12,469 nt of DNA, taken from the NCBI GenBank assembly GCA_029856155.1, contig JAHQWL010000104.1, forward strand, positions 1 through 12,469. The letters run 5' to 3'. The notes beneath the pieces are model-generated. The model was not told the origin of the DNA. It did no database searches and saw only the letters and a program-made list of their open reading frames with translations. Positions 8,285-12,469 of the stretch are shown here, one piece after another (positions within the stretch are counted from its first letter, which is position 1; each line of letters begins with the position of its first letter). The DNA comes from Promethearchaeia archaeon. GTDB lineage: Archaea; Asgardarchaeota; Lokiarchaeia; Sigyniarchaeales; SOKP01. The translations under genes were made by a program, and so were the position numbers.

Positions 8285-8427
8285 TCTATTATTGAATATT
8301 TAACAAAAATAGTTAAGAAATTTTTCTTCTATTACAAAAAGAGTATCAAAATCTACTTCAAAAGCTGTACAAATCCTATAATGTCTATAATATGTAAATT
8401 TTCGTTTAAGGGCTTAAAACGCGCTGC

Positions 8428-8449
8428 AAAAAATTAAAAAAGAAAAAAA
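8428..8449 (-). terminator. Oligo-T terminator candidate for the ABC operon
   Basis: Three runs (T7, T6, T6 on the minus strand) immediately after the permease stop at 8451. Confidence 0.55.
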
Positions 8450-8450
8450 G

Positions 8451-10064
8451 TTATTCGATTTTCTTTAAGTGTCTTAAACCCATTAAGAATATGGGAAGAG
8501 ATATTGCAAGATGTATAGAAATGAACAATATAGAAGGTGTTAAGTCCCAAGTAGTGATTTCAGGAAATTTTTCGCTCAACCAAACCATTAAGAATATAAA
8601 ACCCGTAAGTACCCCCATTTGGATGCTTATAATTTTAAACATATTCAATCCCATGTGTTTTCCTTTTTCTTCGAATGCGGGACTAAATCCTTGTATTCCA
8701 ATTGCTTCAATCAGTACCAGTGTTCCATACGATAAGTAAGCTATGAGAAAAACAACCACGTAAAACGCATCAAATTTAAAAAGGATAGTAGAGAATATTG
8801 TTACAACTACAGCTAATATTGTATTGATAATTAACATCGCTATAATGTAGGAATAAACCAGACTGTTTACATTTCTTGGACTACGTTTATACACCCATAA
8901 CAAGTCTTTACTCCCTACAAAGATGAAATTCCCTAGCATAATCCCATAAAGCAGTCCACCCATGAACAATACCATCATTATTTTAAATCCTCCTGATATG
9001 AAATCATTAGCAGCTCCACTTACAGAAAATGAAAAAATTAATCCATAAACGCAAGTTATACCACCCAAATATACTAATTTTGAGATATTTTCTTTTTTCC
9101 GAAAAAACTGTTTTAATTGGGTGATAACTAACCCCTCCCATTTTGAGCCCATAATGCGTCTATTAAATTTGTAGAATACATTTTCATTTTCTATAGTTGA
9201 TCTAGCCTTCTCAACTCCTCCCTCAAGCGTGTAAAATCTATCCGCTCCTTTATAAGAAAAATATAAGATTATTACAGGTACAAGAATAGCAAGCGTTAAA
9301 CTCGTCCAAATATTTAAGATATAGGTGTTTAATAATGTGGTATCGAAGGTATAGAGGATAATATTAGAGAACCATAGAGCTGGATACCACATAAGATAAT
9401 TCTTCAGTTCTGGATGTTCCATGATGAATTGGAACCCAAACTGTAAAGTGTAGATAAGTGCAACCATTCCAATTGATAGGAGTATTAACAATGCTTTAGC
9501 AATGTCTCGTGCTTTTTCACTCTGAGCAATTTTATGTTCGATCCAACTCATTATTATGGTACCAATTAAGGTTGCCAGAAATACAAGCCCAAATACACAC
9601 CCATAAATTACTAAGGTTTGTACAAACGTCAAGTTAAAAATTGGATTCAACATGTTTACCAAGATAGGTGTAAGAGCAAACACGTAAGAGAAAAGTATGG
9701 GTATCTTTCCTAAGAACTCTCCCAAAAAGATATCCCCTGCTGTGGTTGGGGATGCCAACAGGATTTCTTTAAACCCTATCTCGGTCTGACGATATATATT
9801 ATTTAGAGGATAAATCATAATCATAATAAAAAATATCATCATCAACTGTTCAATAATCATCGCAATGGAGGGGATTAAAACCTGAGAAATCTCCTCCATC
9901 CCCACTAATGTCGGCATAAACAGGTCAAAAATCAAGGGACATAGATAGAACGCCCAAAAAATAAGGAAAGAATATAACACTAAGAAAAATGCTAACCGAT
10001 TCTTGCGAAATTTAGAGGTCCTAACCCTCATTTCATTCTTAGCAATTTTCATCCATCGAGTCAT
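8451..10064 (-). CDS. ABC exporter permease (large ABC-2-like, about 12 or more TM helices in two halves)
   Basis: Highly hydrophobic 537 aa. IAKNEMR at the N-terminus and ILLASPTTAGDIFLGEFLG resemble the ABC-2 permease loop motif, and the second half echoes it (KRSPRNVNSLV). Starts 6 nt after the ATPase stop. Confidence 0.85.
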   Translation of the reverse strand: MTRWMKIAKNEMRVRTSKFRKNRLAFFLVLYSFLIFWAFYLCPLIFDLFMPTLVGMEEISQVLIPSIAMIIEQLMMIFFIMIMIYPLNNIYRQTEIGFKEILLASPTTAGDIFLGEFLGKIPILFSYVFALTPILVNMLNPIFNLTFVQTLVIYGCVFGLVFLATLIGTIIMSWIEHKIAQSEKARDIAKALLILLSIGMVALIYTLQFGFQFIMEHPELKNYLMWYPALWFSNIILYTFDTTLLNTYILNIWTSLTLAILVPVIILYFSYKGADRFYTLEGGVEKARSTIENENVFYKFNRRIMGSKWEGLVITQLKQFFRKKENISKLVYLGGITCVYGLIFSFSVSGAANDFISGGFKIMMVLFMGGLLYGIMLGNFIFVGSKDLLWVYKRSPRNVNSLVYSYIIAMLIINTILAVVVTIFSTILFKFDAFYVVVFLIAYLSYGTLVLIEAIGIQGFSPAFEEKGKHMGLNMFKIISIQMGVLTGFIFLMVWLSEKFPEITTWDLTPSILFISIHLAISLPIFLMGLRHLKKIE

Positions 10065-10070
10065 ATTATA

Positions 10071-10886
10071 TCACTTCCTTTTCTTTTTTGTTTTTTTATT
10101 GAGATTTGCACCATTTGGACCATTTTCACGCCAGGATAATAAATCCTCTATATGAGTTGTTCCCATAATTTTGAGATATGCATCCTCTAAGTCTTTTGCA
10201 TTTTGAGATTCTATAATTTCTTTAGGGCTACCTTGTAATTTCAATTCTCCTTTATCGATAATTCCTATAATATCACAGAGTTCTTCAGCTGCATCAAGCA
10301 GATGAGTACACATAAAAATTGTTTTATCTGCTTTCTTAGCCAAATCAGAAATGAGATCCTTAACCATTCTCGCTGCTGCAGGATCTAAATTTGACGTAGG
10401 CTCATCCAAAAAAATAATCTTGGGATCCTGAATTAATGCTGCACACAAACATACTTTTTGCTTCATACCACGAGAATATCCTTCAAGCAAGTCGTTCTCT
10501 CGTCCCTCAAGATCGAATATATCAAGGAGCTCATCAATACGACTAGATATAGTTGCTTTCGGTAAATAGTACAGCTCGCCAATGAATTCCAAGAACTCTT
10601 TAGCAGTTAATTTTGAATATAATCCGGGTGATTCTGGTAAAAATCCACAGATCATCTTCACATCCTTGGTTTGGGTGAGAATATTATACCCCCCTACTAA
10701 TGCTGTACCATTTGAGGGAGAAATAATACCATTTAACATCCTGACGGTTGTAGTTTTTCCTGCTCCATTTGGCCCTAATAGACCATAGGTAGTACCATAT
10801 GTAATCTCAATATTTAAGTCTTTTACAGCTACAATATCACCAAAAATTTTTGTGAGATCTTTGGTTGCTATTGCCAATTTTTCCAT
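10071..10886 (-). CDS. ABC transporter ATP-binding protein (ABC-2 / drug-resistance exporter type, NatA/CcmA-like)
   Basis: Walker A GPNGAGKTT, signature YSRGMKQK, Walker B IIFLDEP and H-loop CTH. Confidence 0.97.
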   Translation of the reverse strand: MEKLAIATKDLTKIFGDIVAVKDLNIEITYGTTYGLLGPNGAGKTTTVRMLNGIISPSNGTALVGGYNILTQTKDVKMICGFLPESPGLYSKLTAKEFLEFIGELYYLPKATISSRIDELLDIFDLEGRENDLLEGYSRGMKQKVCLCAALIQDPKIIFLDEPTSNLDPAAARMVKDLISDLAKKADKTIFMCTHLLDAAEELCDIIGIIDKGELKLQGSPKEIIESQNAKDLEDAYLKIMGTTHIEDLLSWRENGPNGANLNKKTKKKRK

Positions 10887-10897
10887 TTTGTTTTTTA

Positions 10898-10905
10898 CAC
10901 TTCCT
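10898..10905 (-). promoter_or_regulatory. Purine-rich RBS candidate AGGAAGTG upstream of the ATPase; the same 8-mer precedes the permease (10072-10079)
   Basis: An identical 8-mer lies 11 nt and 7 nt upstream of consecutive start codons. Confidence 0.45.
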
Positions 10906-10910
10906 ACTTT

Positions 10911-10938
10911 TTTATTTTGTTTTATTTTGTTTTATTTT
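10911..10938. repeat. Short tandem repeat (TTTATTTTGT)x2.8
   Basis: tttattttgt tttattttgt tttatttt, read directly between the XRE gene and the ATPase. Confidence 0.6.
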
Positions 10939-10947
10939 TATATATTT

Positions 10948-11376
10948 TTAATTTTCAACTTCTTTCTCGAATAAATCCTCAATCTCTACTCCTAGAGCTT
11001 CAGAAATATTATACAATTCTTTTTCATTAAAAATTTCTAATAACTCCTCTTCATCCAAATTTTTTAATTTAATTATTCGTTTAGTATTTATGCCCGTTTT
11101 TACTGAAATTTTTTCTATTTCATCAAGAGTTTTACCCCCTAATAAATCTTCAATAACAGGTTCTTGATAAAAAATTTTTTCCAATGGTTTCTCAAAAATT
11201 TCGGTAAGTTTAAAGGATAACGTTAAAGAAGGGTTGTAATCCCCTTTCTCTAGGTAATAAATTGTCTGGCGGGAAACACCTACTTTATCAGCTAACTGCT
11301 GCTGAGTTAAGCCTAGCTCTTCTCTATAATCTCTAACATTTGATTTAATTCTTTTTATAAATTTCAGATGCTTCAC
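10948..11376 (-). CDS. XRE/Cro-family (HTH_3, COG1476-like) transcriptional regulator with a second degenerate HTH-like domain; GTG start
   Basis: N-terminal VRDYREELGLTQQQLADKVGVSRQTIYYLEKGDYNPSL; the C-terminal half ends in LYNISEALGVEIEDLF. Confidence 0.93.
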   Translation of the reverse strand: MKHLKFIKRIKSNVRDYREELGLTQQQLADKVGVSRQTIYYLEKGDYNPSLTLSFKLTEIFEKPLEKIFYQEPVIEDLLGGKTLDEIEKISVKTGINTKRIIKLKNLDEEELLEIFNEKELYNISEALGVEIEDLFEKEVEN

Positions 11377-11387
11377 ACCAAAATTAT

Positions 11388-11405
11388 TTTAAACTTGAGT
11401 TTAAA
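11388..11405. promoter_or_regulatory. Palindrome TTTAAACT-TG-AGTTTAAA overlapping a TATA-like element for the XRE gene; operator candidate
   Basis: Perfect 8-bp arms. Minus-strand TTTAAA (11405-11400) is 24-29 nt upstream of the GTG. Confidence 0.5.
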
Positions 11406-11417
11406 CATTAAATAATT

Positions 11418-11428
11418 AAAAAAAAAAA
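11418..11428 (-). terminator. Oligo-T terminator candidate (T11 on the minus strand) after the PH-XRE gene
   Basis: A11 run on the plus strand, 6 nt past the stop at 11435. Confidence 0.55.
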
Positions 11429-11434
11429 GAATTT

Positions 11435-12262
11435 TTATGCTAATTTAAATAGATCCTCAACCTTACACTTTAAAACTTCTGCTATTTTGAAAGCTAATGC
11501 TAAACTTGGATTATATCGGCCTTCTTCTAAATAATTTATAGTTTGAATTGGAACCCCAACTTTTTCAGCCAAAACTGCAGCGCTCATATTAATATTTTCT
11601 CTTTTTTCTTTTATTGTTGTTTTTAAATATTCTCCTTCTCGCATTTTCGAAAGAATGTAGCTAATAAAGTTATCAAAAGCAATTTCTTCAGGTTTAAAGA
11701 TTTTATCTTCTAAACCGCTTGGAATTGTAGAATATTTGGTTAACCTATCTTTTATCTTCTCCTCGATGATATTGGGCTCTAATAATCCTGGAATATAACC
11801 TTCTGGGCGAACAACACCTCCTTTAGCACCTGCTGCTGCCGCTGCAGATCCTGCAGTCTCAACTTTAACGGTATATGTTTTAAACATTCTATCAAAGACT
11901 CCATTGGTTATATTTATGTTTTGAATTCTGCTATGTGGGATAGTCGCTCTCACTCTATTAAAAACTCCATGTTGAATTATGAGATCACTTTCTAATACTT
12001 CAAAGGAGAACATCTTGACATATCGGTAAGAATACCAGATTGTAGACAATAACACAACTATAAATGGGATCACCACTGAATAAAAAAGTATCCATAAAAT
12101 CCAGTTAAATTGGGATATTTCTTCAAAAAAGAACAAAATCCAAAACGTTAAGATCATCCAAGATGCATAAAACAAAAAATAACCAATAATGGTTTTAAAA
12201 ATCTGTTTCTTCGCATAATTACGAGAGATAGTTCCTTTATACATTGGATCACGTTTACTCAT
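11435..12262 (-). CDS. Membrane-anchored bacterial-type PH domain (bPH_2, YdbS-like) fused to a C-terminal XRE helix-turn-helix domain
   Basis: Two TM helices (aa ~24-46 and ~53-78). The bPH_2 pattern LIIQHGVFNRVRATIPHSRIQNINITNGVFDRMFKTYTVKVETAG...IPGL spans aa ~85-172. The XRE domain IKEKRENINMSAAVLAEKVGVPIQTINYLEEGRYNPSLALAFKIAEVLKCKVEDLF spans aa ~217-272. Confidence 0.9.
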   Translation of the reverse strand: MSKRDPMYKGTISRNYAKKQIFKTIIGYFLFYASWMILTFWILFFFEEISQFNWILWILFYSVVIPFIVVLLSTIWYSYRYVKMFSFEVLESDLIIQHGVFNRVRATIPHSRIQNINITNGVFDRMFKTYTVKVETAGSAAAAAGAKGGVVRPEGYIPGLLEPNIIEEKIKDRLTKYSTIPSGLEDKIFKPEEIAFDNFISYILSKMREGEYLKTTIKEKRENINMSAAVLAEKVGVPIQTINYLEEGRYNPSLALAFKIAEVLKCKVEDLFKLA

Positions 12263-12270
12263 TTTATTTA

Positions 12271-12276
12271 TCCTCC
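12271..12276 (-). promoter_or_regulatory. Shine-Dalgarno-like GGAGGA for the PH-XRE gene
   Basis: tcctcc on the plus strand, 8 nt upstream of the ATG at 12262. Confidence 0.6.
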
Positions 12277-12373
12277 ATTTTTATATTATTTTTTAATTTA
12301 TGTAAACTTTAATTATACTAAATTTTTGATATTTTAAATCTTGAAACATAATATTTTGAAAATTAGTTTCATT

Positions 12374-12392
12374 ATGTAATGTTTATTTACAT
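12374..12392. promoter_or_regulatory. Inverted repeat ATGTAA-N7-TTACAT; operator candidate upstream of the PH-XRE gene
   Basis: Perfect 6-bp arms at 12374-12379 and 12387-12392; a degenerate copy ATGTAA-N7-TTATAC lies at 12300-12318. Confidence 0.4.
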
Positions 12393-12469
12393 TCGTATTT
12401 AAATCTATCTATAAAAATTCGAAAATGTAGCATAATAGTATTATTTTTGTAATTGGATGAATGTTAAGT

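Noticed and set aside
8403-8421. Small hairpin (TTTAAG-GG-CTTAAA) or a possible small RNA in the 166-bp convergent gap
   Set aside because: Weak AT-rich stem; no tRNA cloverleaf, C/D boxes or convincing SECIS-like structure seen.
10074-10097. KKTKKKRK tail as an SV40-like nuclear localisation signal
   Set aside because: Lys-rich termini are common in AT-rich genomes (several other genes here have them), and the last codons double as the next gene's RBS.
8491-10788. ORFs 8491..8739 (+) and 10582..10788 (+); apparent slightly higher GC of the ABC genes as a sign of horizontal transfer
   Set aside because: The ORFs are antisense shadows. The GC impression was not computed and could come from amino-acid composition; no mobility genes or flanking repeats.
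1-12469. CRISPR array, tRNA/rRNA, IS or integrase, selenoprotein or frameshifted pseudogene
   Set aside because: No spaced direct repeats, GC-rich structural RNA islands, transposase motifs or interrupted reading frames were seen; all gaps between called genes are about 200 bp or less.

Overview
AT-rich, gene-dense archaeal-type window. A C-terminal 'IPGY + hydrophobic helix + basic tail' sorting signal (Loki-CTERM-like) and archaeal-style promoters and oligo-T terminators point to Asgard archaea (Lokiarchaeia); this is an inference. In order, it holds the 3' end of a surface protein with FN3-like repeats, a family I inorganic pyrophosphatase (ppa) divergent from a DUSP23-like dual-specificity phosphatase, a 389-aa unknown protein, a YtcJ-like amidohydrolase, a small membrane protein, a DUF3795-type Cys-rich protein and a 780-aa helical-repeat/TPR protein. 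It ends in a four-gene minus-strand cluster: a 2TM-bPH_2-XRE fusion, a soluble XRE regulator, an ABC ATPase and a large ABC permease. The best candidate for an undescribed system is this last cluster. A membrane-anchored YdbS-like PH protein carries an XRE domain with a degenerate DNA-reading face, sits next to a close soluble paralog with an intact one, and lies upstream of an exporter. This suggests membrane sequestration or anti-repression of the regulator. Other leads are ~58-aa MIT-like tandem repeats in the TPR protein and a truncated J-domain-like HPD motif in the unknown protein. No RNA genes, CRISPR arrays or mobile elements were seen.
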